Source: a virus (Duplodnaviria; Caudoviricetes). From it: a stretch of 57,823 nucleotides of DNA. Numbering within the stretch: the first letter of the stretch is position 1; every line of letters starts with the position of its first letter. Shown in pieces: positions 49,593 through 57,823 of the stretch. The DNA lies in the IMG/VR virus record IMGVR_UViG_3300008954_002723, positions 1 through 57,823 of that record; one strand, 5' to 3'. Both the position numbers and the translations under genes were made by a program. The notes under the pieces were generated by a model. The model had not been told where the DNA came from. It did no database searches and saw only the letters and a list, made by a program, of their open reading frames with translations.

Positions 49593-50366
49593 TTAAACTT
49601 TTTCATATTTAAAATTTCTATTTAACTTAGTTAAAATATCTACTGGGATAATATCCTCAATTTTTTGTTGTGGTGGGTTAAAATGTACCCCATATTTTCC
49701 TTTTCTATATAAATTTTTCCTACTTATAGAAATTTTATTAGCACCATCCGTATGTAATCCCATTAATGGTAGATTATGACGATATCTGGGTTTAATATTT
49801 TGTTGAGAACGTATCCAGTTATCAATATATTTTTCCGGCCACGGACCTTTTAATTTTTTCATAATAGATGTTTTAGTACCCATAAACAATCCCGTCTGGT
49901 TGGGTTGATTTTTAAATGTGGCACAATTAAACTCATTTAAATTTAAAAAAAGTCCGGTTGCAACGTCAAACCAATTATATTTTTCTTTTAAATGGTTATG
50001 AGTAATTTCTATTCTATTGGGTGGGGAATAATTATCCGAGGCTGCCAATATAAATGTTTCCGATTTAGCAGTGTTAGCCATAATCCACCATTTTTGAGAT
50101 AATGGCACATGTTTTGTTAAGGGCATATAATTAATATTAATACATCCTACTTTTTCTAATCTTTCTTTATACGACATTATTACTTCTTCGCCGGCCATAT
50201 TTTTACTTTGTTCTTCACAGACAATTAATTCCCAATTATACTGGGTTTCTTGTCTACATAAACTCTCTAGTTGTAACCATATAATATTTTTATTTTCCCA
50301 AGTGGGTAATGCTACACTAACTTCTATTTTCATTCCTTTATCCATATTTCTATTTAAATGTATCAC
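49593..50366 (-). CDS. GT-A-like glycosyltransferase, paralog B
   Basis: VALPTWENKNIIWLQLESLCRQETQYNWELI...LAASDNYSP; likely start at 50333. Confidence 0.7.
   Translation of the reverse strand: MIHLNRNMDKGMKIEVSVALPTWENKNIIWLQLESLCRQETQYNWELIVCEEQSKNMAGEEVIMSYKERLEKVGCININYMPLTKHVPLSQKWWIMANTAKSETFILAASDNYSPPNRIEITHNHLKEKYNWFDVATGLFLNLNEFNCATFKNQPNQTGLFMGTKTSIMKKLKGPWPEKYIDNWIRSQQNIKPRYRHNLPLMGLHTDGANKISISRKNLYRKGKYGVHFNPPQQKIEDIIPVDILTKLNRNFKYEKV
50245..50306. repeat. 62-bp perfect direct repeat, copy 2
   Basis: Identical to 43651-43712. Confidence 0.9.
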
Positions 50367-51138
50367 ATCTTTCTATTATTTTATTAACCACAGGATTAAT
50401 TTTTAAGTTATGTCTACCATAAGTAGTTCTGCGAATCATATTATCAAATGCAATTCTTTCTTGTTTATTAATAAGAGTGGTAAGACTTTTTTGGTGAGCT
50501 CTATAATAAAATATATAATCATTAATAGGTAATGTGGTAGTAAATTTACTTAACCTAACTAATAATTCATAATCACAAGAGAATCTATTATGGTGATAAC
50601 CACCACACATATCAAATACATGTTTTTTTATCATTATCGCCCCAGCGGCTTGTGCCGTTGCATTACTAACAACATTTTCTATATTGTCAACAAATACTTT
50701 ATATTTAAATTTTACAATATCATATTTAGGATCAGTTTTAGAGAGTGCCTCTATTCCTGTGGGCATCATTACATCATCACTACCAAACACTATAATATTA
50801 TCATATTTAATATGGGGTATTAAAGTATTTAACGCCACATATGCGCCCATATTTTTTTCTAAATTAAACACATCTAAATTTCTATATTTATCTTTAATTT
50901 CTATTATTTTTTTAAATGTTTCCGGACAACCATCCACCCCTACTAATACTTGAAATTTATTCTTTTCATTTTTATAAAATGTCTGATTTTCAATAGAATC
51001 TAAACATTCCTCAATATAATCAACGTTCTTGTATGTAGATATAAGTATAGTAGTATTAAAATTATTATTTACATAAGATGGGCGAGATAACTCTTCATCC
51101 TCAATTACATTAAAAAAATCTAAATTAGTTCCTACCAT
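50350..51138 (-). CDS. Glycosyltransferase family 2
   Basis: ILISTYKNVDYIEECLDSIENQT...VGVDG...NMGAYVALN...FGSDD...DYELLVR...YYRAH. Confidence 0.9.
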   Translation of the reverse strand: MVGTNLDFFNVIEDEELSRPSYVNNNFNTTILISTYKNVDYIEECLDSIENQTFYKNEKNKFQVLVGVDGCPETFKKIIEIKDKYRNLDVFNLEKNMGAYVALNTLIPHIKYDNIIVFGSDDVMMPTGIEALSKTDPKYDIVKFKYKVFVDNIENVVSNATAQAAGAIMIKKHVFDMCGGYHHNRFSCDYELLVRLSKFTTTLPINDYIFYYRAHQKSLTTLINKQERIAFDNMIRRTTYGRHNLKINPVVNKIIERCDTFK

Positions 51139-51140
51139 TT

Positions 51141-52682
51141 TTAACCTCTTTTTTGTATCATTATTTGTAATTGTTGTTGAACTTGTTCTGGGGTTGCCAC
51201 AGGAGTTTCGGTAGGTATAACTCCATGTTTTCTTTTATACCATAATGTTCCTTTTCTAAAATTCTCATTCCACGTTGGGGTGTGAGCAATGGTACTTTCC
51301 TCAATAGAATTAGGTATATCGGTTAAATATTCCCAACTCTTATCTATATCTGCAAAATACCAAAAAGATGGATGATATCCTTTTTTAATGGCTTGATAAG
51401 TATGTTCTACATGCTCCCATGCATTTTTGAATGCAGGATCAAATCCTCCAATATCTTCTAAGACTGGTCGATAATAATAAGAAAACGCCCCTACACAATT
51501 AGGATATAATGCAATGGTAACATCAATATTATTTTTATCTCCTGTCTCATAGGGAATAACCATTCTAGGATTTGGTTCTCCATCCAGATCTTTTCTATCT
51601 TCTAAATCTTTAAATCCTTGCCCCCCTTTTTTATTTGCAGGACCATGCAACCCAAAATTTAAATGTTTTATTCCAGATATTAAAGAATGTTTAATATATT
51701 CTTTAAACACATTTTCATCTTTAATTAAAATATCATCTTCCATAATGAATATGTGTTCACAATCTTTTTCCATTAAATAATTTATTGCCGTGGTTTTTGC
51801 GGCACCTACAGATTTATTAGTTTCATGTTGAATTATATGTGCATTAGATGGATAGGCATCATCATTATATGGGGTACCATCATTAACTATCACAAAATTT
51901 TTAATCCATTCAGGTACAGTAAACGCACTTTGTCTAATTCTATGTTCCGCATTATATGTCACCATCCCAAAACCAATTGTTTCAGGATTGAATTCTAATT
52001 TCTCTTCCCACGTTTTATTTTTGGTTAATCTTACGGGTAAATCGGATTTATATTTTTCTTCAAATTGTGTCTTCTTTTTGGCCCACTCATCATTAGTCAT
52101 ACCAATAGATAAATGTGTAACTCTTACAAAAGTGGTTAAACCAATTTTAACACCATCTAAATAATTAGGAAAACAAAAAGATAAATCATAAAAATGGAAC
52201 CCATCAAAAGATTCATCAAAATTATGTTTGATCTTTTGTTTATTAACACCAAAAAATAATCCATCTAAAATAACCATATCAGTAATTTTATTACCTTGAT
52301 CTTTAGAGTAGTAATTGGTCCATTTTTTACCTTCGTGTTTATGGGAAACTATACCATTCATAGATTCTTTGATTGTCCACCACTTTCCATTTACTAAATC
52401 GGTGGTTCCTGCAATACCAATAATCCCATATTCTTCATTCTTCTCAAATAAAGATTTTATTTTTCTCCCCCAATTTTTAGTGTCAAATATTACATCATCA
52501 TGACAAAAAATAACTATATCATTGGTCGTTTCTTTTAATCCTTTATTATAGGCTTGAGTTAATGACATCTCACCATCATTAACAATTTGTAAAATTTCTA
52601 TTTTATGAATACCTGATGTAGCTTTAATATGCTCAATAAATTCAGGTTTATCTTTTCTGGTGGAGAAAACAACACTAACCAT
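51141..52682 (-). CDS. Two-domain GT-A glycosyltransferase
   Basis: Domain 1 AYNKG...FCHDDV...FHFYDLSFC; domain 2 GMVTYN...VNDGT...FIMEDDI...IGGFD...WEHVE. Confidence 0.88.
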   Translation of the reverse strand: MVSVVFSTRKDKPEFIEHIKATSGIHKIEILQIVNDGEMSLTQAYNKGLKETTNDIVIFCHDDVIFDTKNWGRKIKSLFEKNEEYGIIGIAGTTDLVNGKWWTIKESMNGIVSHKHEGKKWTNYYSKDQGNKITDMVILDGLFFGVNKQKIKHNFDESFDGFHFYDLSFCFPNYLDGVKIGLTTFVRVTHLSIGMTNDEWAKKKTQFEEKYKSDLPVRLTKNKTWEEKLEFNPETIGFGMVTYNAEHRIRQSAFTVPEWIKNFVIVNDGTPYNDDAYPSNAHIIQHETNKSVGAAKTTAINYLMEKDCEHIFIMEDDILIKDENVFKEYIKHSLISGIKHLNFGLHGPANKKGGQGFKDLEDRKDLDGEPNPRMVIPYETGDKNNIDVTIALYPNCVGAFSYYYRPVLEDIGGFDPAFKNAWEHVEHTYQAIKKGYHPSFWYFADIDKSWEYLTDIPNSIEESTIAHTPTWNENFRKGTLWYKRKHGVIPTETPVATPEQVQQQLQIMIQKRG

Positions 52683-52833
52683 TTTTTATAAGTTTTAATT
52701 TTTTAAGTCTATCCTCTAATTGGTGTAATCTTTCTTTATATCCTTTAATTGCCCAACCAGAATGATATCCTTCCATCACTAATTCTGTTTTAATTTTTAC
52801 TATTTCTTCTTCTAATTCTTTAATTGCGTCCAT
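52675..52833 (-). CDS. Small coiled-coil protein (52 aa), not in the ORF track
   Basis: MDAIKELEEEIVKIKTELVMEGYHSGWAIKGYKERLHQLEDRLKKLKLIKNG* fills the operon gap. Confidence 0.65.
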   Translation of the reverse strand: MDAIKELEEEIVKIKTELVMEGYHSGWAIKGYKERLHQLEDRLKKLKLIKNG

Positions 52834-52836
52834 AAT

Positions 52837-53271
52837 TTATTTATTTTCAATATTCCAATCCTCACCAAAAAATCCCACAGGAACTCTATATTCATCTGAA
52901 GGATCATATTTTTTAGTTACATAATAAACTAAAATTGTGTTGGGTTCTAATGCTTGGTATCCATGATACACACCCGGAGGTATTTCTAATAATTTTAATT
53001 CTTTATCTGAAAGATATTTAAATTCACACCCGTTTTCTTCAGTTGCCCAACCTACTTTTAAGGAACCTTTTATACATAACCAATAATCCGTTTGTAATTT
53101 ATGTTTATGCCATGCCACAATAGGGGTAGTGGAATTAATATAACTAATATTAATTTGACCTTTTTCTAAAGGAAATATATCTAATAATCTTTGTGCCCTA
53201 TCATCTTCATGGAAAGGAACATTAATTTTTTCCTGTGCTACCAAATCCACTGGATCCTCTTTCGGTTTCAT
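52837..53271 (-). CDS. RmlC-like cupin (NDP-sugar 3,5-epimerase/3,4-isomerase family)
   Basis: FHEDDR, AWHKH...QTD, LEIPPGVYHGYQALE...YYVTKKYDP. Confidence 0.8.
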   Translation of the reverse strand: MKPKEDPVDLVAQEKINVPFHEDDRAQRLLDIFPLEKGQINISYINSTTPIVAWHKHKLQTDYWLCIKGSLKVGWATEENGCEFKYLSDKELKLLEIPPGVYHGYQALEPNTILVYYVTKKYDPSDEYRVPVGFFGEDWNIENK

Positions 53272-53815
53272 TTAATTCTTCTTTTTTAACTAATTTAGTA
53301 ATATTAGATCCTAATACTGATGTTATTACCCCTTGGGCTATTCTATCCCCCGGTTCAATAGTATAAGGTAGTTTACTTAAATTTATTACAATTACTCCTA
53401 CTTCTCCCCTATATCCTTCATCAACGGTACCAGGAGTATTTAAAACACTAATTCCATGTTTTAATGCCATACCGGATCTGGGTCGGACTTGTAATTCAGT
53501 ATTGGGTGGTAATTGGAACTTTAATCCTGTAGGTATTAACTTTCTTTCTAATGATTCTAAAGTAACTGGAGATTCAATAAAAGCTCTTAAATCAAATCCA
53601 CTATCACCTTCTTTACTATAGAGTGGATCCTCATTTATAGAATCATTAGTAAAATAAGTAGTAATATGATATTGTTCATTTTCATTGGTGGAATCTTGTA
53701 TTTTTTCCAGATCCTCTATTATTTGGTTATAATCCTCAACACCCTGTGGATTATTAAGGGTATTTAACATATTTTGTAATAATTTAATATCATTTAAATC
53801 TTCATTGATTCCCAT
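53222..53815 (-). CDS. dut: Trimeric dUTPase
   Basis: SGFDL, IPTG, RPRSG, PGTVDEGYRGE, GDRIAQ, RGSSGFGSTG. Confidence 0.95.
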   Translation of the reverse strand: MGINEDLNDIKLLQNMLNTLNNPQGVEDYNQIIEDLEKIQDSTNENEQYHITTYFTNDSINEDPLYSKEGDSGFDLRAFIESPVTLESLERKLIPTGLKFQLPPNTELQVRPRSGMALKHGISVLNTPGTVDEGYRGEVGVIVINLSKLPYTIEPGDRIAQGVITSVLGSNITKLVKKEELNETERGSSGFGSTGKN

Positions 53816-54389
53816 TTGAATTGTTTTTTTCTTCTATTATTGCTAAATCATTGGCTTGTTTTAAAATAGTAGATAAAGTTCCTCCATACCATTTTGCTTG
53901 CTTATCGTCTTCGGTTTTATCATAATTAATAATTGCCTGATACTCTTCTTCCGAAAGTTTTACACCATTTTTCATGGAATAATAAATAGATCTTTCCCCT
54001 ATTTTCATAGAGGTTACGTCTTCATTAAATTCATATATCTTTCCTTGATTCTTTCTATGCCATTCCGATTCATTCCATTTATAAAGAAATGTTTTCCCTA
54101 TCTGATGTAGAAAACATACTTTAACTATGGAATGTGTATCTACTTGCAAATTCTCTGGTAAAAGTTTATTAATCCCTATTGCATATTTGGTAGTTTTAAG
54201 GGTATGATCTATTAACCCCCCAGGAAATGCATTATGTAAAGATAACATAGAAGATGCAGGTGCAGTCATTAAATCTTCACCCAAAAAATCTAATAATTCT
54301 TTAGTTAATACCCCATATAGTGTATTTTTTTCTAAAAACGTTTCCTTATTTTTAAGGATTTTATGTTTTAATTCTATTGTATTTTCCAT
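53802..54389 (-). CDS. HD-domain-like protein with HD changed to HQ
   Basis: HNAFPGGLIDH...FLHQIGK...KQAND. Confidence 0.7.
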   Translation of the reverse strand: MENTIELKHKILKNKETFLEKNTLYGVLTKELLDFLGEDLMTAPASSMLSLHNAFPGGLIDHTLKTTKYAIGINKLLPENLQVDTHSIVKVCFLHQIGKTFLYKWNESEWHRKNQGKIYEFNEDVTSMKIGERSIYYSMKNGVKLSEEEYQAIINYDKTEDDKQAKWYGGTLSTILKQANDLAIIEEKNNSNGNQ

Positions 54390-54422
54390 ATTATATAATT
54401 TTATATAACAAATATAATTAAA

Positions 54423-55682
54423 TTAAACTAGAGTTTCAACCCCTATCTCATTTTTTTCTTTTACCAATTTTTGATAAAAATCTTTTCTTTGTTTACATAC
54501 TGATTCCATATCATATTTTCCATTTACGGTATTATAAAGATTTTCAGCTAATTCAGTAATAAGGTGAGGGTTTAAAACTAAATTTTTAAGATGTTTATAC
54601 CAAAACTTATGATTTTTATTTTCAGGGATTAAAATTCCATTGCCTTTTTCAGTATTAAAATTTCCACCTTTTTCATACGCATTTATAATGTCTATTTGAT
54701 ATGGTCCAAAATCTTGGGCTACTAACGCTTTTTTATGAAATCCACCTTCAATTACTTTTAATTGTGATTTAACTTCATTAAACGCACTATATTTTAAAGG
54801 TGCTAAGGAAATATCAAATAAATTATAATTAGAGGCATAACTGGTTATGGGTTTAGTCCATACTCTTCTATAAGGTTCATTTTCTACATTTTCATATTCT
54901 TTATTTTGAAATGTTAAAAGAAAATTTTTGTATTCTTCACTGACAATAGAATAATTATCAGTAAATATTTTTTCATATTGGTACCATACACTTTCTTTAG
55001 GTTTAATTGGTCTTTGTTTTTGTTTACCTGTTGCTTTATCAATTAAAGTCATATTACCTCTTAAGTCATAACCACACAAAACAAATTGGATTTTATCTAA
55101 TAACCCATCTTGTTTAAAATTATATGCTACATTTCCCAGTATTTCTAAATCTTTTAAATGGGAAGATCCACCTAACCAACCTATTCTAATTCTTTTACTT
55201 GGTAGAGCATTAGGAATATATTGTTTTTCTTTAACATTAATTGCGTTGGGTAATACAAAAATATTATTTGAAAATTTACTTAAGGTTGAAGCAAAGATAG
55301 GGGTGGTAGTAATAATATTCCTTGCAATTTTTAAATTATCTACTATTTTTTTATCTAACTGATTCTGTTTGATAATTTCCCATGCCGGATGATTGGGACC
55401 TGGTGACCAATGATCATCTATATCCATCAAAGTAACTATCCCTAATTTATCACATCTATTTAAAAGATCCCCCATTTTATCAAACTCACCCATTGATCTA
55501 TGATAATGAATTATATCATATTTTTTTAAGAAAGAATCATTATCTAACTCCGGTTCATAATCTATATCTATATGAAAATCATTAGGAAAATATTCCTCTA
55601 ATTTAATATGCGGTATAGTTGATCGGAAATATGATACCCCAGTTCTATCACTAGGGACTACTAAAACTTTAATTTTTGACAT
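54423..55682 (-). CDS. GT-B (GT4-like) glycosyltransferase
   Basis: GVSYFRS...DIDDHW...LPNAI...IGWLGGSSH...DISLAPL...FNEVKSQLKVIEGG. Confidence 0.85.
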   Translation of the reverse strand: MSKIKVLVVPSDRTGVSYFRSTIPHIKLEEYFPNDFHIDIDYEPELDNDSFLKKYDIIHYHRSMGEFDKMGDLLNRCDKLGIVTLMDIDDHWSPGPNHPAWEIIKQNQLDKKIVDNLKIARNIITTTPIFASTLSKFSNNIFVLPNAINVKEKQYIPNALPSKRIRIGWLGGSSHLKDLEILGNVAYNFKQDGLLDKIQFVLCGYDLRGNMTLIDKATGKQKQRPIKPKESVWYQYEKIFTDNYSIVSEEYKNFLLTFQNKEYENVENEPYRRVWTKPITSYASNYNLFDISLAPLKYSAFNEVKSQLKVIEGGFHKKALVAQDFGPYQIDIINAYEKGGNFNTEKGNGILIPENKNHKFWYKHLKNLVLNPHLITELAENLYNTVNGKYDMESVCKQRKDFYQKLVKEKNEIGVETLV

Positions 55683-55744
55683 AAGTATATTTTTTAGAAA
55701 ATATAAGTAATAATATTAATAAATTAAAGTTTTAGAAGAAAAAG

Positions 55745-55810
55745 TTTGGCAGTTTAAATATTTTGTTGTATATTTGAAATATCAAACAACCACTAAAAAC
55801 AACTATTATG
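55745..55810 (+). promoter_or_regulatory. Early promoter/leader cassette, copy 1
   Basis: TTTG(55745)-20 nt-TATATTTG(55769), then ATATCAAACAACCACTAAAAACAACTATTATG. Confidence 0.85.
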
Positions 55811-56329
55811 AAAAATCAAAATGCAATCCGACAAAATCAACCATCAACAGGTAGACATTCAGAAATCGATAACCAATTCGGTTATGGTAAAGTATCTCAA
55901 AACGATAATACTGGAAAGTATTTGGAATTTAGTGTAACTAACCACCTAGAAGAAGGTAAAAAATATAAATTCCGATTCGCGTGTAAGTGTAAGGCTGGAT
56001 TCCTTAATATCGCTGAAACCAATTACGATCAAACTCCAGAACAATTTATTAGTGGAACCTATGGATATGTTGAAAATGTCCAAGTATGGATAGATGCGGA
56101 TGAGCCTACTGATCACCATAAAGGATTGTGGGTAAACGTTCTTGCCACTAAAGGTAAAAGATTCTATTCAATTGATAAATCTTTTCTTTTACACCTTAGA
56201 GTTGGTAATATGCACCACGCTTGGAAAAAGATGGTAGATTACGATCTATGGAATAGAATGGGTACTAAAACTCACGCTGATTACGCTTATAGAATGAATA
56301 ATGTCGTTACCGAAGAGGTAGCGGCATAG
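55808..56329 (+). CDS. Early hypothetical protein
   Basis: 173-aa ORF starting at the cassette ATG. Confidence 0.8.
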   Translation: MKNQNAIRQNQPSTGRHSEIDNQFGYGKVSQNDNTGKYLEFSVTNHLEEGKKYKFRFACKCKAGFLNIAETNYDQTPEQFISGTYGYVENVQVWIDADEPTDHHKGLWVNVLATKGKRFYSIDKSFLLHLRVGNMHHAWKKMVDYDLWNRMGTKTHADYAYRMNNVVTEEVAA

Positions 56330-56354
56330 TTTTAACCTTTTAATATAAATAAAG

Positions 56355-56636
56355 ATGGAATATTTTAACAGACACGAATGTATGGGTGGAGAAACCCGAA
56401 GAACAATTTTAGAAACCATTACTAATTTCCACTCACTAGATGGTGTTGGTATGATGGGTATCCAAAATATGTTGTATGGATTATTTGATGGGTTTGATTA
56501 CTCTAAAAAGATTGTTGAACACAAAGAGATGAAACTTATCAAAGAACAGAATAAAGAGATGTATGACACCATCATTAATATCTGTAAAGAGATAGAGACT
56601 TACCCTAAACATAGTCAAGACGTTACAATACATTAA
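56355..56636 (+). CDS. Hypothetical protein
   Basis: 93-aa ORF in the early operon. Confidence 0.7.
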   Translation: MEYFNRHECMGGETRRTILETITNFHSLDGVGMMGIQNMLYGLFDGFDYSKKIVEHKEMKLIKEQNKEMYDTIINICKEIETYPKHSQDVTIH

Positions 56637-56646
56637 AATTAATAAG

Positions 56647-56757
56647 ATGAGTGATTTAGAAGTTATACTATGGAAATTACTTGATTTAAATGAAGACGAT
56701 TTAATAAAAGTGAGAAAAGAGATTGAAAGAATCTTAAAGGAATCCCATGATCGATAA
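56647..56757 (+). CDS. Small hypothetical protein (36 aa), not in the ORF track
   Basis: MSDLEVILWKLLDLNEDDLIKVRKEIERILKESHDR*; AATAAG-ATG context like its neighbours. Confidence 0.55.
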   Translation: MSDLEVILWKLLDLNEDDLIKVRKEIERILKESHDR

Positions 56758-56769
56758 AACAAAACAAAG

Positions 56770-57039
56770 ATGAAACTAATATTTTGTAAAGAATGTACAG
56801 ATGTCGTTAGACTAACAACAGTCAGTGTAAAGTCATGTGATTGTGGAAAATCAGCTGGGCAATATATAGACCATATAAATGCTTGGTATAAAGGTCCGGC
56901 AATACCTTTAGGGTTTGCAAACGGTTCTTTTGCTGAAGCACTTAAAAACCAACCTGAAAAAGATTGGGGTAAAAGATTCGAAGCATTTGTAATTGAGAAG
57001 GATTGTCCTACATTTAAAAACCAAAACAAAGATGAGTAA
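56770..57039 (+). CDS. Small zinc-binding-like protein
   Basis: CKECTD...SCDCG. Confidence 0.7.
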   Translation: MKLIFCKECTDVVRLTTVSVKSCDCGKSAGQYIDHINAWYKGPAIPLGFANGSFAEALKNQPEKDWGKRFEAFVIEKDCPTFKNQNKDE

Positions 57040-57295
57040 GAGATTATTAGAAGGAATCGTAGATTATTATGAAGGAGAAGAGATTCTAACCGCAGATGGA
57101 TTTGATGAAGCAGTGATCGGTATTGATGAAGGTAGTGGGAGAATAATTTATTCCGTTGGAAAATGTATTGAGATTCTTATGGTTGAACAAGGGATGAATT
57201 TAAATGATTCCATAGAATTCTTTGATTTTAATGTAAAAGGTGCATATATGGGTGAAAAAACACCAATATGGTGTGAAGATATGCTACTACAGTAA
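56993..57295 (+). CDS. Hypothetical phage protein
   Basis: ADGFDEAVIGI...YS...EFFDFNVKGAYMGEKTPIW; likely start MSKR at ~57032. Confidence 0.75.
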   Translation: MRRIVLHLKTKTKMSKRLLEGIVDYYEGEEILTADGFDEAVIGIDEGSGRIIYSVGKCIEILMVEQGMNLNDSIEFFDFNVKGAYMGEKTPIWCEDMLLQ

Positions 57296-57311
57296 AATAA
57301 TTAAGAAAAAG

Positions 57312-57343
57312 TTTGGCAGTTTAAAATAATTGTTGTATATTAG
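57312..57343 (+). promoter_or_regulatory. Early promoter cassette, copy 2
   Basis: TTTGGCAGTTTAAA...TGTTG-TATATTAG, 20-nt spacer. Confidence 0.75.
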
Positions 57344-57374
57344 AGTATCATTAACAACTAAAACGATAATTATT

Positions 57375-57638
57375 ATGAAAAATATTATAGAAATAAATAA
57401 AGCAATTAAGGTATTTAACTCATTTATAAATTTTGTTAATAACAATATTGATTATGTTTTATCCAGAGAAGGGGAATTACCAAGTAGTTATTTTGTGGAG
57501 GGATTAGAAGAAAGGATGGATAATTTATGTAATCTCCAAAGAGGCGAAGACATTCTAAGAAATATTGTAGAGATAAAAAAGGTACATACACTATTAAAAG
57601 ATGGTTATAAAGGGTTAAAGGTTTCAGGTAGATACTAA
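57375..57638 (+). CDS. Early hypothetical protein
   Basis: Likely start MKNIIEINK just downstream of the promoter cassette. Confidence 0.65.
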   Translation: MKNIIEINKAIKVFNSFINFVNNNIDYVLSREGELPSSYFVEGLEERMDNLCNLQRGEDILRNIVEIKKVHTLLKDGYKGLKVSGRY

Positions 57639-57665
57639 AAAAATAGTGAAATTTATTTAAAAATA

Positions 57666-57731
57666 TTTGGTACTTTAAAATAATTGTTGTATATTTGATA
57701 TATCAAACAACCACTAAAAACAACTATTATG
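57666..57731 (+). promoter_or_regulatory. Early promoter/leader cassette, copy 3
   Basis: TTTG-20 nt-TATATTTG, with a leader near-identical to 55764-55810. Confidence 0.85.
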
Positions 57732-57823
57732 AGCACATTAGAAATCACTACAAATGTTAGAAATTACAAAGGTAATAACGGATTTATCAATTCATTACAG
57801 AATGGGTTGAGAAAATATGGTTC
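57729..57823 (+). CDS. 5' end of an early hypothetical protein (partial)
   Basis: MSTLEITTNVRNYKGNNGFINSLQNGLRKYG runs off the window. Confidence 0.65.
   Translation, partial: MSTLEITTNVRNYKGNNGFINSLQNGLRKYG

Noticed and set aside
42924-50366. Diversity-generating retroelement TR/VR pair
   Set aside because: Both copies lie in intact paralogous genes, the differences are not confined to adenines, and no reverse transcriptase is present in the window.
270-57029. Short ORFs antisense or out of frame to long genes (e.g. 270-578, 4779-5204, 15042-15461, 37891-38388, 56481-57029)
   Set aside because: They overlap well-supported genes and have no recognisable motifs.
1-57823. Stop-codon reassignment, as seen in some large phages
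   Set aside because: Conserved genes are full length in the standard code, and TAG (11275, 27969) and TGA (9315, 18087) end genes right where the next gene begins.
1-57823. CRISPR array, tRNA or rRNA genes
   Set aside because: No regularly spaced repeats or cloverleaf-like GC-rich segments seen; intergenic gaps are short and AT-rich.

Overview
AT-rich window from a large T4-like (jumbo-type) tailed phage. The host is probably a Bacteroidota: host-type TTTG-N20-TAnnTTTG promoters occur and the start regions are A-rich without Shine-Dalgarno sites. The standard genetic code is used. Layout: (1) ~0.2-20 kb is mostly + strand, with acidic putative internal-head/decoration proteins and an embedded clpC / DNA MTase / hsp20 / KTSC / thyA / nucleotidyltransferase block. 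(2) 20.2-30.6 kb is a T4-like head module: terminase, portal, prohead protease, scaffold and major capsid protein. (3) A structured palindromic element at 30.7 kb marks the convergence of the two transcription blocks. (4) 30.8-37.1 kb (- strand) holds baseplate/structural genes and a gp55-like late sigma factor. (5) 37.1-55.7 kb (- strand) is an ~18.6 kb glycan-biosynthesis locus: about 8 glycosyltransferase-like genes, a UDP-GlcNAc 2-epimerase, a WbpB-like dehydrogenase, a short DegT, WbqC, a GNAT-methyltransferase fusion, a D-glucuronyl C5-epimerase and a sulfotransferase. (6) From 55.7 kb to the end are early genes behind repeated promoter cassettes. Top candidates for new biology: a phage-encoded sulfated, uronate-epimerised (glycosaminoglycan-like) glycan pathway whose tailoring genes lie between directly repeated GT paralogs, and a capsid-cargo addressing system (TATTTAT late promoter plus shared N-terminal peptides). 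All protein calls come from motif recognition by eye, not database searches.
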